The translations under genes were made by a program, and so were the position numbers. The notes beneath the pieces are model-generated. The model was not told where the DNA came from. It saw nothing but the letters and a program-made list of their open reading frames with translations, and did not search any database. Positions 1 through 14,240 of a DNA stretch of 64,000 nt are shown here, one piece after another. This stretch comes from Octopus sinensis. Lineage: Eukaryota. Numbering within the stretch: position 1 is the stretch's first letter; every line of letters begins with the position of its first letter. The stretch covers positions 90,210,001 to 90,274,000 of the forward strand of contig NC_043000.1 in the NCBI RefSeq assembly GCF_006345805.1. The letters are read 5' to 3'.

Positions 1-38
1 CTTATATACATATGCATATATATATATATATATATATA

Positions 39-208
39 CTTTATTTAAAAGCAGCAGAAATTCAACAAAACCTGTTACTCGGAGTTTCACGTTCCCGTTC
101 GTTGTACAGTTTTGTTAAAATAGCTATTTTAACAAAACTGTCTGACGAACGGGAACGTGAAACTCCAAGTAACAGGTTTTGTTGAATTTCTGCTGCTTTT
201 AAATAAAG
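39..208. repeat. 170-bp near-perfect foldback palindrome (85-bp arms, no loop)
   Basis: CTTTATTTAAAAGCAGCAG... mirrors ...CTGCTGCTTTTAAATAAAG; the centre is between 123 and 124. Confidence 0.95.
131..183 (+). ncRNA. Minimal type-I hammerhead ribozyme motif (Penelope-like element associated)
   Basis: Stem I CTGT(138-141)/ACAG(172-175), extendable with AACAAAAC/GTTTTGTT. Core CTGACGA (142-148), stem II ACG-GGAA-CGT, GAAA (159-162), short stem III CTCCAAG, GTA cleavage triplet (169-171). Confidence 0.7.
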
Positions 209-269
209 CATATTACTCTACCCCTGGTATTTGAGTACTCTTTTTTCCACCTTGTTTCACATTTATGTG

Positions 270-277
270 TTTACTCC

Positions 278-341
<64 letters not shown>

Positions 342-438
342 ATATATATATGCACATATATATATATATGCACACATATATATATACACACACATACATA
401 CATACACACACACATACATACATACATACATACATACA

Positions 439-474
<36 letters not shown>

Positions 475-530
475 TATATACACACACATATATTATATAT
501 ATATATACATATACATATATATATATACAT
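270..530. repeat. (TA)n/(TACA)n compound microsatellite
   Basis: Seen directly; it produces the spurious YI-repeat ORFs. Confidence 0.95.
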
Positions 531-559
531 GGCTCCTATGCAGGTGGCACATAAAAAAC

Positions 560-806
560 ACCATTTGAACATGGCTGTTGCCAGTAGCGCCTGACTGGCC
601 CTCGTGCTGGTGGCATGTAAAAGCACCCACTACACTCTCGGAGTGGTTGGCATTAGGAAGGGCATCAAGCTGTAGAAACTCTGCCAGATCAGACTGGAGC
701 CTGGTGCAGCCATCTGGCTTTCCAGTCCTCAGTCAAACCATCCAACCAATGCAAGCATGGAAAGCGGACGTTAAACGATGATGATGATGATGATGATGAT
801 GATGAT
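560..806 (+). mobile_element. SINE or RTE-LINE 3' tail ending in (GAT)n
   Basis: The ...ttaggaagggcatc...catggaaagcggacgttaaacgatgatgat family recurs at about 11810-11990, 22680-22790, 28620-28960 (minus), 31550-31835 and 38340-38500. It directly follows RTE RT sequence at 22.7 kb. Confidence 0.75.
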
Positions 807-1008
807 ACATACACATATACACAGCAGAAAAAGATACAATAGAATTTAATGTTTCATGTGATAATTTTTACCAAAGAGAAGAAAAAGGATTAAGAGATAT
901 AAGAGAAAAAAGGTATATTTATATATGATTCTGAATTTAAGATGTCTGTTTGTATGAGACTAGCAAAAAGAAATTCAGATTAAAGAATAGGTACTGAATA
1001 TTTACTTA

Positions 1009-1164
<156 letters not shown>

Positions 1165-3087
1165 TCAGTTGTAAAATATTACGTATTAATTAGCTTATGT
1201 GACAATAATTATGTAATATACCATACAGCAAAAGTTTTAATTATGTACAAATGTAAAATGATTCCTGTATTAAAAGTCTCTGAAGAGAGTATATGGAGCT
1301 GGCAACAGAAATATCATAGTTTCAACTTTGCAAGGCTTCTTCAGTTTTAATGTGGATATGGTTCTACGGTTAAGAAATTTGCTTCGTTATAATGTGGTCC
1401 CAAGTTTGATCTTACTAAATAAGGCTTTGGAAAGTATTTTCTCTCGTATTATCCGGTTGACCAAAACCTTGCAAATGAAATCAGGTAATGGAAAATGTAT
1501 GGAAGCCTGTGATGCTGAATCTGTTTTTAGGTGGCAGACTTACTTAATCCCCCAATTTAACACCTCTATGTGCCTTTTGGGTTCCTTTAACAGAGTCCTC
1601 TCTATTGCATGGATTCTGATCAGGTATACAGTCCCTCAATAATTTTAGAGGTGATAAGCACTGCCCCTCCTTCTCTGACTAAACAATAAAAAAAAAATTT
1701 TTTTTAATAAAAATAAATCACTTGATCTGAGTCTAGATTGTACTCAATCTATAAATATTTACATTAAATGTCCTGAAAAGTAATGTCACATTCTCAAACA
1801 AATAGCCTGAAGTCACATTGCTAATTAATTACCAGTTTAAAGGTTGTAGTATGACAAACATTCTTCTTTATTTGAAATAAAGTTTTGTATTTGAAAACAC
1901 ATTTTATTAGTTCTGTTTTTCGGCAATTCATAAATAATCAGAACTTCAAGTAGTATCATATTTAACATTGCATGCTTTAAGACTTTTGCAAATGCAGCAA
2001 TGCAATTAAAAATATATGCATTGTGTATTCCAATGAAGTGAGTATCTGGATATACCAGAAGTGGTTTAACAAGTTTTAAAATGGGAGTTAGATTTTAATA
2101 TCTCTAATAAACATAAATCAAGATAACAAGTTGTTCTTGATAAGGACATAGTAAAAGTGGCAACTGAAAAGAATCCATGTCAAGGTATCAAAGGCTTATC
2201 TTAGAAACTTAATAAACTTTGGTTGGCTGTTCAAGATCATCTTTGAAAAATAATTGGAAAAGTGCATAGAGAAGGGTCTTGGATACCTCATAAATTGTTC
2301 CTCCCTAAGAATAAAGCTTTGCTTTCAATGAATTCAACAATTGGCTAACTAGGAACAAAAAATAATCTTTTCTTATATGAATTATGAAAGGCGATGAGAA
2401 AGAGGTTGTTTAAGTCAATAATAAACACAAGAAGTAGTGGCTATAACCAAATGAAACACCTGTTTCAATATATAAATCGATTTCATTCCTTCTATTCATT
2501 AACAATTCACAACTTTTATAAATGCTGGGCTTTGCATTTTCTGATATCTCATGGCAACCACATTACAGCAAAGCAGAGAATCCATCTCAAAGACTAGGCA
2601 ATGTCTCTAGGAGCGAGACTCAACTTCAACACTGAACAGTTAAAGACCTTACAAAAAGGTAGAAGTTTTCTCCAACTAATAACTACTACTCACATATCTA
2701 AACGAACATTCTAGACCATATTTTCCCTGTAAAAGTAACGAAATTGATTAGTAAATCTTTAATCATCAACATTCTAACACCAACATCCATTGCCTGATAT
2801 CTGTCACTTTTATGGGACAAGGAATTCAACCCAACACTGGTAAACTCTACTATATCTTATCCATGAAACCTCACACTAAATACTTTAGCAAAATTTTTAT
2901 CCCCTAAAATGAAGTCCACAATACTCCTCTCTAGTCTACATTTTACCCTATATGTATAAACCCGCAGAAATTAAAGCCAAACATCTATCATATCAACTTT
3001 GCTAGTCTAAGTAGGCTGCATACATCATGTGCCATTACTGAGGAACTCCAGACTAAAATGTAAGAAAAAAAGGCATGGAGTACTTAC

Positions 3088-3128
3088 ACATATATCCCCT
3101 TCTTGAAGTCTCATCCCAGCTAATGATG
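3088..3128 (-). CDS. XYLB: Xylulose kinase exon 11 (A-SLAGMRLQEGDIC), 41 nt
   Basis: TTTCAG acceptor and GTAAGT donor. Matches ASLAGMRLEEGDIA. Confidence 0.94.
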
Positions 3129-3569
3129 CTGAAATGGAAATATTACCATTATGTTAAAAATATGCATATACATAGACAGTAGACGTTCTGGGTAGAAGCA
3201 TTCACACACACACAAGCTTACACACTCAGCATGATATCTGTAAGGAATGTACATCTGAGAAAAGTTGATGTAGTTCTTGTTCATCAAAGCAACTGTGGTT
3301 TCTTCAAAGAAAAAGCTGATGATATAAAATCATATTTAGAGTTGTGGTGCTTAATATATTTGACTTTGATATGCACTTTGATTTTGAGGTGGATATCAAA
3401 CAAGCACAATGACCAGCTGACTTCAAATAACAGATTGAAATTTACTGGTTCATTTAATGTGAGATGTTAAAACAAAAATAACTATTTTATACGTCAAAAA
3501 CTTAGAGAAGTTATTGAGTACTTTCTTACAGTTGATTACTTTTTGTTATTAATCCTTCTTATTTCTTTA

Positions 3570-3790
3570 CTGCCCACAAGGGGCTAAACACAGAGGGGAC
3601 AAACAAGGACAGACAAATGGATTAAGTCGATTATATCGACACCAGTGCGTAACTGGTACTTATTTAATCGACCCCAAAAGAATGAAAGGCAAAGTTGACC
3701 TCGGCGGAATTTGAACTCAGAACGTAGCGGCAGACAAAATGCCGCTAAGTATTTCGCTCAGCGTGCTAACGTTTCTGCCAGCTCGCCGTC
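3570..3790 (-). mobile_element. tRNA-derived SINE (central GCCTTTCATCCTTTCGGGGTCGATAA-type motif)
   Basis: A B-box-like GAGTTCAAATTCC head; near-identical copy at 6710-6925, others at about 25660-25760, 43270-43440 and 57190-57300. Confidence 0.8.
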
Positions 3791-4325
3791 TGAAAACAAC
3801 AAAATTATGAATAACTCAGTTGTCATGATGCTTTAATGTAGTGGACATGTATTCTTAGTCAGTTGTTTACAATGTAAAACAAGTTCCATGTAAAGACAAT
3901 GACCATGCTAAAATTTGAGTTTTTATATATTTTGTCAACCTGCATCGTTTATATTTACAGGAGAACAGCCAATAAATTAATGGAACAATACTCAACAAAC
4001 ACAAAAGTTAGGCAACTTTTGTAATGCAATTTGCTGGATAATATTATGAAAGTAGAGCAAGGAATTTAAATCACTGCATATAATTAATGTACATTATTTG
4101 ACATTGACTGAGTTAACTTATGATCCAAGGTGTCCATGCTGTGGATCAACCTGTCAGTATGGTTAAGACATCCAATGCATCTTTCTATTTCTAAGATGGT
4201 CAAGTATGGTTCAAGAGAGTTTCATTGTTAATTCTAAAAGTTTTACAAAATACTGACAGTGGATTTGAACTTGATAGCTCAGGGTTGTTAGTCCAATACC
4301 TAATCCACTTAGCCATTTCACGTCA

Positions 4326-4526
<201 letters not shown>

Positions 4527-4989
4527 TTAGAAACACATGTTTTTATTTTGTTTTGGAGTATTTGTAATCAGTTCTTCCTTCCTTATTTATGCAAATGAAG
4601 TGAATGAAACAAGAAATTCTCAGAATGAAACAGTTGTGAATATTCTTCATTAAGAGCTTATTTATATTTTCACTCATATTAATCTATAATAATAAAAGTG
4701 AAATTCTGTCTGTCCATCTGGGACCCTTGTATCTCAGCCTAAATTTGCTCTACATAGACATATTATACTTTTTTGGAATCAGGATGATCCTGGGATTGAA
4801 TATCTGCCCTTCATTTAGTTTTTAGTAATGGAAGGCAAGGTTTATGATATCGAAGGAATATTATCTTTTATCCATCATCTTTTTCTTATTCTTTATGTAG
4901 TTCAGGCTTTCGGCAGGCGAAGAGAAAAGACTTAAAGTACAGCTGCTATTTATAACTGGTTTATTTACAGGAAAGGGGAAGTGTGCTGC

Positions 4990-5770
4990 TCTCAGCTACC
5001 ATCTTAAACTCCGATAGTGTGGGTGCATAGCCACTGGAGATAGACAGGCAGAAAACTGCCAGTGTTCATGTTCAGCCAATGCTGCTGTGTAAAATCGTGC
5101 CAAAAGACCATCACATTGATCATGACAGAGAAAGTTGTCAGAGGCCTGCACAAAGTCGCAGAAAGTGTATGGAGAGGAGTGTATCAGCTGCACACAAGTG
5201 TACAAGTGGTTCAGATGTTTCCAAGATGACATAAAAAATGTTGATATTGACAAACGTTCTGGGAGAGCCACAACCAGCAGAACTGAGAAAAACATAACAG
5301 ATGTGCATGCAGCTGTGAGGGAAAATCATCGAATCACCATCCATGAGTTATCAGAGGATGTGCAGATTATTTACAGTTCAGTTCATTTCCTTACCACTAA
5401 AGATTTGGGTATGGGATACATGTCTGCCAAGTTTGTGCCAAAACTGCTTTCAGCTAACCAAAAGGACACTTGGGTTTCAGTTGCACAAGATCTCCTTAAT
5501 TGTATTGAGATCAATGAAAACTTGTTGAAAACTTTGCATAGGCCTCTGGGCAGGTAGCACCAAGCTGATGGCAAGATTTGATGCAGATTCTCTGCTCAAC
5601 TTTCTCTGTCATGGTCAATGCTACACCCTCCTTCCAAGCAACAGTGGAAGTGAGCTAGAAGATTAAAACTTACTGCGCATGCACAGTAGAGTTCAATGCC
5701 AATCTGTGTCAATTGGCTTCACTCAGCATGCTTTAGTTTCAGTCCAGATACGTTTTTATCAGACTACGTA
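4990..5770 (+). mobile_element. Mariner-type transposase remnant (HTH region)
   Basis: ORF 5135..5557 has VYGEECISCTQVYKWF...KRSGRATTS...ITIHELSE...SAKFVPKLLS, typical of mariner N-termini. The catalytic domain is missing, and a mariner-like end (tacgtttttatcagactacgta) lies near 5750-5770. Confidence 0.85.
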
Positions 5771-6264
5771 CGTACGTACCATACGTACCATACATACGTA
5801 CATACATACATAGTTAAAACCCAACATCCAGATATTGTTGTATGGGGTTAACAAAAAAAGATATGCTCAGCTGTGGAAATTAGCTGCCATCTCAATATCA
5901 ATATAGTCAGAAAAATACAGGAGAGAGAGGACATCAATGGATCACTGACAAGGTTTTCGCATATCCTGTACCCAAGATACATATTCAGCTTCATACCTAT
6001 CATAATTGGAACAGCACAATGCATACCAACCTGACTGGAGCAAAGTATATCTGAACTTGGGTTCTTGGGAACAGACTGCAACTCCTTAATTCATATACTA
6101 CAAATGATCATGATATCTGGGACAATAAAAATCTGCAAGACCTTCTTGCTTTAAAGGATGATAAACAAAACAAGATGTTTTCTTTCACACCTTACTACCA
6201 AGCAGGGGGTTAGTCAAAATTAACTCTAAATTTAAAAAGGAAAAAGAATATATAACAGGCATAC

Positions 6265-6324
6265 CAGGATTTCAGTTGATTTCACCAAAGGTCCAAGTTT
6301 TGTTTCCAAATTCTCAGCACAAGC
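6265..6324 (-). CDS. XYLB: Xylulose kinase exon 9 (ACAENLETKLGPLVKSTEIL), 60 nt
   Basis: T-tract plus ATCCAG acceptor and GTATGC donor. Aligns to [20 protein letters not shown] and follows a 119-nt intron. Confidence 0.9.
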
Positions 6325-6422
6325 CTGGATTAAAAAAAAAAGTTATGCAGAAAACAGAAAATAATTCTAGAGAAAATAAGTCTTAATTTGTTGTTTTATA
6401 ATATATTTTTAAATATAATTTA

Positions 6423-6611
<189 letters not shown>

Positions 6612-6709
6612 TCATAAATCTTCACACAACATATTAATATCATTAGTTTTATAACTCTTTTCTACTACTCACCAACTCTGGACTACTACTACTACTACTA
6701 CCTATTTCT

Positions 6710-6925
6710 TTATTACCCACAAGGGGCTAAACATAGAGGGGACAAACAAGGACAGACATAGGTATTAAGTCGATTACATCGACCCCAGTGCGTAACTGGT
6801 GCTTAATTTATCGACCCCGAAAGGATGAAAGGCAAAGTCGACCTCGGCGAAATTTGAACTCACAATGTAACGGCAGACAAAATACCGCAAAGCATTTCGC
6901 CTGTCGTGCTAACACTTCTGCCAGC
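6710..6925 (-). mobile_element. tRNA-derived SINE, same family as 3570-3790
   Basis: Visible colinearity with the 3570-3790 copy. Confidence 0.8.
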
Positions 6926-7053
6926 TCTACTACTACTACCACCACCACCACCACCACCACTACTACTATCTCCACCACTATCACCAACACTACTACCACC
7001 AGCACTACTAGCACTACCACTGCTGCTACTACTACTACTACTACTACTACTTT

Positions 7054-7086
<33 letters not shown>

Positions 7087-7222
7087 AGCTACTACTGTTA
7101 CTACTACTACTACTGCTACTACAACTACTACTACTACCACTGCTGCTACAACTACTACTGCTGCTGCTACCACCACCACCACCACCACCACTACTACTAC
7201 TACTGCTACTACTACTACTACA
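6926..7222. repeat. (ACT)n/(ACC)n/(GCT) trinucleotide array
   Basis: Seen directly; it yields poly-T/V/S/L ORFs. Confidence 0.95.
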
Positions 7223-8577
7223 ATATTGATGGTACATTACAAGGATGAATACAAAAGCAGTGGGGCTTTTACTAAATCTTATGCAGAATATAAGAAAACA
7301 TGCATGAAAAAACAACAAAAGTACTACACAAAAATTAAGTGAAACATCCTAGAACAGCCACTAGCATCCAGTCAGGGAACCAACAGATCCTGGATTTACT
7401 AATATGGTTGAGTTCCCTTTCGCAGCTATCTGAGATGTGCAGATTAAAAGACCCATTTATCTGGCAATGCTCACTATTGTTATTGATTTTTCCGCAAAAA
7501 TATTTGAGCATAGTACCTTTAAGTGGTACTTAATAAAGTTGATGATGGCTAAAGAGGAAATTATCTACCCTCAATCCTTTCTATTTTCTTCATCTGTCAA
7601 CTTCTTTTGCCATTGCCTCCAGATACAATAAAACTAACTGCTCTTCTCAGCCAAATAAAAGCAGTCAGATGATGGTGGGTAATTTTCACTATGGCACAGG
7701 CAAGGGTGTGTGGTAAGAAGCTTGCTGCCCAACCACATGGTTTCAGGTTCAGCCCCATTGTGTGGCATCATGGGCAAGTGTCTTCTACTATAGCCTCAAG
7801 CCAACCAAAGTCTTATGAATGGATGTGGTAGAAGAAAACTGAAAGAAACACGTTGTATGCCAGCATGGAAGGTGAACGTTAAGCAATGATGATGGTGATG
7901 ATGATGATGATGATTATGATGATGATGATGACGGTGATGATGATGATGATGATGATGTGTGTGTGTGTGTTATTGCATCTGTGATTGTCCCACCACCACC
8001 ACCACCATCATCACTGCTTGACAACTGGGGCTGGTGAATTTACAGCCCCATAACTTAGCAGTTCAGCAAAAGTGACTGACAGAATAAGTACCAGAATTTA
8101 ATAAAAAATAAGTACTGGGGTTAACACATTTGACTAAAAATTCTTCAAGAACTGTGCCCCAGCATGGCCACAATCTAATGACTGAAACAACTAAAAGATA
8201 AAATACATAAAAGATAGTCTCAGTTGAATAATCATTGAATCACTGTATCAACCAGATTATTGACTGTTGTTATACACCACTGGTTACAATGTGCTTCATG
8301 GTATTATTGTAGCTTTCAAATTATGCCAACCTACTTTCTAGGCAGGCAGATCAGCATTATGCCTGTATGGAATGCTAGTCTATCACAGGGTTTCCCATTT
8401 ACTGCTGAGTGGATAGGAACAATGTGAAATTAAGTGTTTTGCTCAAGAACACAATGCACTGCTGGCCTGGGAATTGAAACCACAATCTTGCAATCATGAC
8501 TGCAACACCCTAACCATTAGGCTATATATATATATATACAGATTGAATAATATGGAGAACAAAGATAAGTGTCATCA

Positions 8578-8721
<144 letters not shown>

Positions 8722-9109
8722 TTAACAAAAGAAATGGTTTGCAGAGACTTTAAAGAGGAGTTCTAATTTAGTTTTATTATGTTAAGCAGCAGAAAGATAA
8801 GGGTCTCTCTTGATAGGAGACCAATCTACTGCAAGTAAGATTTAGAGAATCGATCATTCAAAGTGGATGGAGCTTGTAGAAGAAGGAGACCCAAGAAGAC
8901 ATGAGATGAAGTACTGAAGAATGATCTCAGGACACTGAGCCTTACAAAGGAGATGACAAAGGACTGAGATATCTGGTGCCTTGTTGTACTCAAGAAGACA
9001 TGTTCTCCACAGCAGAAGTGTTAATGCTGTTCCCCCTGATGAAGAGGATTGGCCTGCAAGAGCCCCTGTGTCAGTGTCACATAATAAGCACCCATGCCAG
9101 TACCATGTA

Positions 9110-9636
9110 TACCGTAAATCCTCGAGTATAGTCCATCCTTGAGTATAATATGCTGGGGATTTTTAGGGGCTGTACCTCTGAAAAACCTAAACCTTGTGTA
9201 TAATACGCACCCCTTCTCTAACTTGAGTTGTGCATAATTAAGCCAGCAGCACCTAGTAGAAAAAAAACACTTCCACGCATGCATAATACAATAATGGTGA
9301 TGTTCTTAACTGTTATATGGGAATGTAAATATGTTTGCAAATTGTTTTTGTTACATGTTATTCTGTGTTCTGAATACTTTTATTTTAATAAATGTTGCTT
9401 ACTGCAAGTTATGGATGATTCTTTTATGACTTCATTGCTTTCAGGCTTAGCTTAAGGTATTTTCGCGCCTGATATCACAAAATGTGTCTGAATAAACATT
9501 GCTGAACAGCAAATAGAGACTTGGACATTGCTTAGAAAATATTTTTCATTTTTAACCTCGTATATAGTATGCACTAGGGATTTTGACCTTTAAATTTTGG
9601 GGAAAAAATGCGGATTATACTCGAGGATTTACAGTA
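9110..9636. mobile_element. Tc1/pogo-type MITE with 25-bp TIRs
   Basis: TACCGTAAATCCTCGAGTATAGTCC (9110-9134) versus the reverse complement of GGATTATACTCGAGGATTTACAGTA (9612-9636): 2 mismatches, TA ends. Confidence 0.85.
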
Positions 9637-9750
9637 ATGCACTTGTGCTGGTGCCACATAAATAACATCCATGCTGGTGCTATGTAAGTAGCACCTGTGT
9701 TGGTACCATGTAAAAAGCACCCAGCACACACTGTAAAGTGGTTGGTGTTA

Positions 9751-10023
<273 letters not shown>

Positions 10024-10138
10024 TCATAATGATCTTTAAGATACTTGTTTAGAGAAATCAGCAAACAAATTATTTGCTGATATCTGCCAAACTGATGATG
10101 GGATGTCATATGCATGGAGAGCAGTGACAATCGATGTA

Positions 10139-10945
10139 CAGTGATCCCTCGTTTATCGCAGTAGATTGGTTCCGAGACTGGCTGCAATAACTGAATTTCC
10201 ACGAAGTAGGGACACCATATTTACAGTATTTATTTAATGTGTATTTGGACTTTTAAAACCCTCCCTGTACTGTTAACAACCCACCCATTACAGTAGTCTA
10301 TTAATAACAAGGACAACTGTTAAGCAATAACACTTTAGATTAAAAAAACATAAAGATTGTTACTGTACTCAACACAAAAGAAGTTGAAGTAAAATTTGAA
10401 TGATGATGGTGATGAATTTGCTGCGCAGTAGAAATGATGATGATGAAGCTGATGGCAGTGCCCTTTCCTGGGACACCTCTTCCACTCCTTCCAAAGGTGC
10501 AACCGTAGTAGTAGCAGCAGGAACTGGCTCTTTTTTGTGAGGCTGCAAAAACATTGTGATAGGAAGTTGCTGCCGCTGCTTCTTTTTCCGTTCAAGGAGC
10601 ATCTTGTAGGGATTCATGACTTCGTTGACCTTGTTGCAAAATTGCACAGAATGAACCATATCGTCATCCCATTCCTGTAACCCCTCTTTCAATTCTTTAG
10701 CTTGGCCAGCTGTTCCAAAGTCAAGCCAGTTTGGTCGACAACTTCTTCCGTTTCTTGTTGCATTTCTTCTTCTTCTTCTTCACTGGCCGACTTTGTCAAG
10801 TCTTCGAGGTCTGCATCGGTTAGTGGCTTGGAGTGGCAGTCTAATAATGCATTGATGTCTCTAGGTGTTCATATATATATATTTTAAAAATCCACGAAGT
10901 CATGAATCCGCGATAGTTGAACTGCGAAGTAGCGAGGGATCACTG
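10139..10945 (-). mobile_element. Tigger/pogo deletion derivative
   Basis: Perfect TIR CAGTGATCCCTCG at both ends with TA target duplications. The minus-strand remnant ...KKQRQQLPITMF resembles Tigger C-termini. Confidence 0.85.
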
Positions 10946-12506
10946 TACAGTCATTTTCCATATGTTCCAGCAGATTCAATCAAGAATATACTAATCACTG
11001 TTGTATTTTGCCTTCAGAGAAGAACTTCTTTGAGACAATCTATGTGTGTTCACAACACACTCGATTAATTGATATAAGTGGTCTTTGTGACACTGCAGTG
11101 TTTTATCTTGGTTGTTTCTCTTCATTTAAAGCTACCCCTGGATCAGTGAATCTAAACAAGAATATTTTACTTTTGTTTATAGAAATCAGTGAACAAATTA
11201 TTTGCTGATGCTCACTGATCTCTGTCAAACTGATAATAACATTGTGTAACAAAGTTTTTATTTATTATCTTTGATCAGTAAATATTATTTCCTATTTGCT
11301 TCTATCAAAGGAAATTACTATTATTCCCTTTAGACTTTGCTTTTGTGACCTGGACATCAATGTTTTCAAACTGACCTATTTTCCATTACATTTCAGACAG
11401 ATTCAGCGCTGAGTTGCTGAAGCAGAAATATTGTTATAGCAAATATTCTGCTCAATACCACCGATTTGCTTGTCAGTTGCTTGACCTTAACCACTTGAGC
11501 ATGTCCCTTAGTGGCTGACAATATGAGCATCTCTGATGATGAGCAGTATCATAGCCATGTGTTGAAAGGGATTCTTTGGTGTTTGAATAAACGTAACAAA
11601 GGCAAAATTTGAAGGAAATATTAATCATTTTACATACTTTCTAGGGGTAAGCAAACAGGAAACAACAGTTGCCCGCTGAGGCAAAAATCATGTTACACAG
11701 TAACATGGATATACTGTAGAAAGACACAACTCTGTGGTATTTGTCTTGAGAAAGTATCTTGTAAGGACATATTGTGCTAAAGAGCACAACCACTTATCAG
11801 TAGCAGACAAAAAGTGTCCAGCACCAAATTTTGGCGTTAGGAAGGGCATCCAGCTGTAGAAACTCTGCCAGATCAAGATTGGAGCCTGGTGCAGCCATCT
11901 GGTTTGCCAGTCCTCAGTCAAATCGTCCAACCCATGCTAACATGGAAAGCGGATGTTAAAAAATGATGATGATGATGATGATGATGACTGATACACTGCT
12001 GTGCTTTTTGGCATTATACATCTATAAGAAATGCTTTGTCAACATGAATACTACAGTGTTGTGGCTTTAAGGTTTTTTTAAGATTCCTGTTTATAGAATA
12101 CGGTATATCCTTGTTGAGTAAGATATATATAATGCTATAATGACAAACATATTCACTCTTAATATTTTCTGGCAGATTCAAACATTAATATGCAAACATG
12201 TTAACTGTTGTTGTATTTTGTCTTTGGAGAACAACTATTCCTTTCATATAATATGCGTTCCCAATACACTCAATTCATTGAGGTAAGGCTTGCCACCAAG
12301 TCTAGCTTGTGCACTCATAACACTCTTGTGTTAACTCTCTCTCTCTATCTCTATCTCTTTTACACTCTCTTCCCCTTCTCTTTATATCATGTAAAGCATG
12401 AACGGAGAAATCAACTAGCCAATCAACCAACCAAAATTTAAACTGACTATAATTATTATATAGAAATATAATAAATCTGAAAAATAATAAATATCTCCTT
12501 TCTTAC

Positions 12507-12593
12507 CTTTAACTGTTCACAGAGGGAAGAACCAGAGTGAAGACTTTTAAGCCCATTTTCAGCTCCCTTCTTCCAAAAGACACTTCCATGTTG
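12507..12593 (-). CDS. XYLB: Xylulose kinase exon 5 (QHGSVFWKKGAENGLKSLHSGSSLCEQLK), 87 nt
   Basis: AAG acceptor after a T-rich tract and GTAAGA donor. Completes the FGGY GQQHG motif. Confidence 0.95.
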
Positions 12594-13086
12594 CTTTTAA
12601 AAAGAAATAGAATGATTGAAGTAAGGTATTTGTTTAAACTATTTATAGATTGTTGTTTTTTAAATCTTGTGTTACATATTTTATTAAGTCCTCTGCCAAG
12701 ATACCTTACTCCATTTTGGTGAGGGGTGAAAGTTTATGAGGGTATTTAGTGGATGTGCCAGGTGCAGGCTTGGCTATTTGGTTAAGAAGCTTACTTTGCA
12801 ACCACATGGTTTTGGGTTCAGTTCCACCACACAAAACCTCGGACAAGTATCTTCTAGGGATTTTTGGAAGTTGTTCGTAGTCTTTGGATTGAAAGACCTC
12901 CAAAATAGGCCATTGAGTAAGCACTCAAAATTTCCTTGAATGCAACAATGCTCTTTCCCTCCACTAATCTTCCAAATTACCCAACTGGTAAAGGAATATA
13001 AGCACTTGACATTCTAGATACCTGATGGACAATTTTCGTTTACACTTGGTCCAAGGATATAGCTATGTCAAGGAGACAAGCTACAG

Positions 13087-13151
<65 letters not shown>

Positions 13152-13827
13152 GTGTCATGCCTTACAGGCATCAGAAAAAAGGACCTCCATATTAAAGTCT
13201 GAAAATTCATGATTCTTCCTGGGAAATATACAGCAGTGGTTTCTCATTGCTTTCTGTCAGTTTATTTACAGATTATTCTGCTATTCTCCTGCCCTCTTGA
13301 CCTTACCCTTAAAGTACAGGTCCTATTTAACCCTTAAGCAGTGGGGATGGTTCATGTGATATCAAGGCATGTTCACATACTGATGCTACTGTGTGAAGCA
13401 TATCTAGAGAGCCAGCCCTCCTTTGAGTCTTGTATGCCTTTGCTACAACTCTTCTGCTGTTTGACCCATAACTGGGGCCCTGGGTCAGAGCAGACTTGGA
13501 AGTAGTGGTGATTAAGTGGCAACTCCACATTCCTCCAAATTCCTGGGCTCCCAAGCTGGAGCTTCACCACTGGATGCAGCTTAATGTCAAACATGGGGCA
13601 AGACTATGATGTTTAGAAAGAAACACCTTGCAAACTAACCAGGAATCTCTGCAGATACCACAATCTCATCACATGACTGTATATCATCAATTACAGTATA
13701 CATAGTCCACAGGGAATTAGTAGTAAAGGAACTGTCCAGATAATAAAACACATCTCATCTACAAGCAAAATAGCAGATGTTCCAGTCTGATTGGACATAA
13801 ACCAGAGCATAACAGGGCAGTCAGACT

Positions 13828-14240
13828 CTCTTACTCTTTTTACTCTTTTACTTGTTTCAGTCATTTGACTGTGGCCATGCTGGGGCACCGCCTTTAGTCG
13901 AGCAAATCGACCCCAGGACTTATTCTTTGTAAGCCTAGTACTTATTCTATCAGTCTCTTTTGCCGAACCGCTAAGTTACGGGGACGTAAACACACCAGCA
14001 TCAGTTGTCAAGTGATGTTGACAACCAATGTTGGGGGGGACAAACACAGACACACAAACATATACACACACATACATATACAATGGGTTTCTTTCAGTTT
14101 CCGTCTACCAAATCCACTCACAAGGCTTTGGTCGGCCTGAGGCTATAGTAGAAGACACTTACCCAAGGTGCCATGCAGTGGGACTGAACCTGGAACCATG
14201 CAGTTCGTAAGCAAGCTACTTACCACACAGCCACTCTCAC
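13828..14240 (-). mobile_element. Abundant tRNA-head SINE (GGAGTGGCTGTGTGGTAAG family with internal microsatellite)
   Basis: Colinear copies at about 7695-8215, 22780-23132, 27630-27930, 30007-30395, 33105-33610, 37197-37568, 59621-60060, 61580-61710 and 63540-64000. Confidence 0.85.

Noticed and set aside
231-626. Tyr/Ile/His/Thr-repeat ORFs here and at about 27.3, 28.2-29.2 and 43.4-44.2 kb
   Set aside because: They are translations of (TA)n/(TACA)n/(CA)n microsatellites.
1300-3060. Possible very old non-LTR retrotransposon remnants in XYLB intron 11
   Set aside because: Only faint RT-like words with many stops; I cannot assign a family or boundaries by eye.
6788-7342. 184-aa Thr-rich mucin-like ORF
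   Set aside because: It starts at a non-ATG codon inside a SINE and runs through an (ACT)n array in XYLB intron 7; no signal peptide or splice support.
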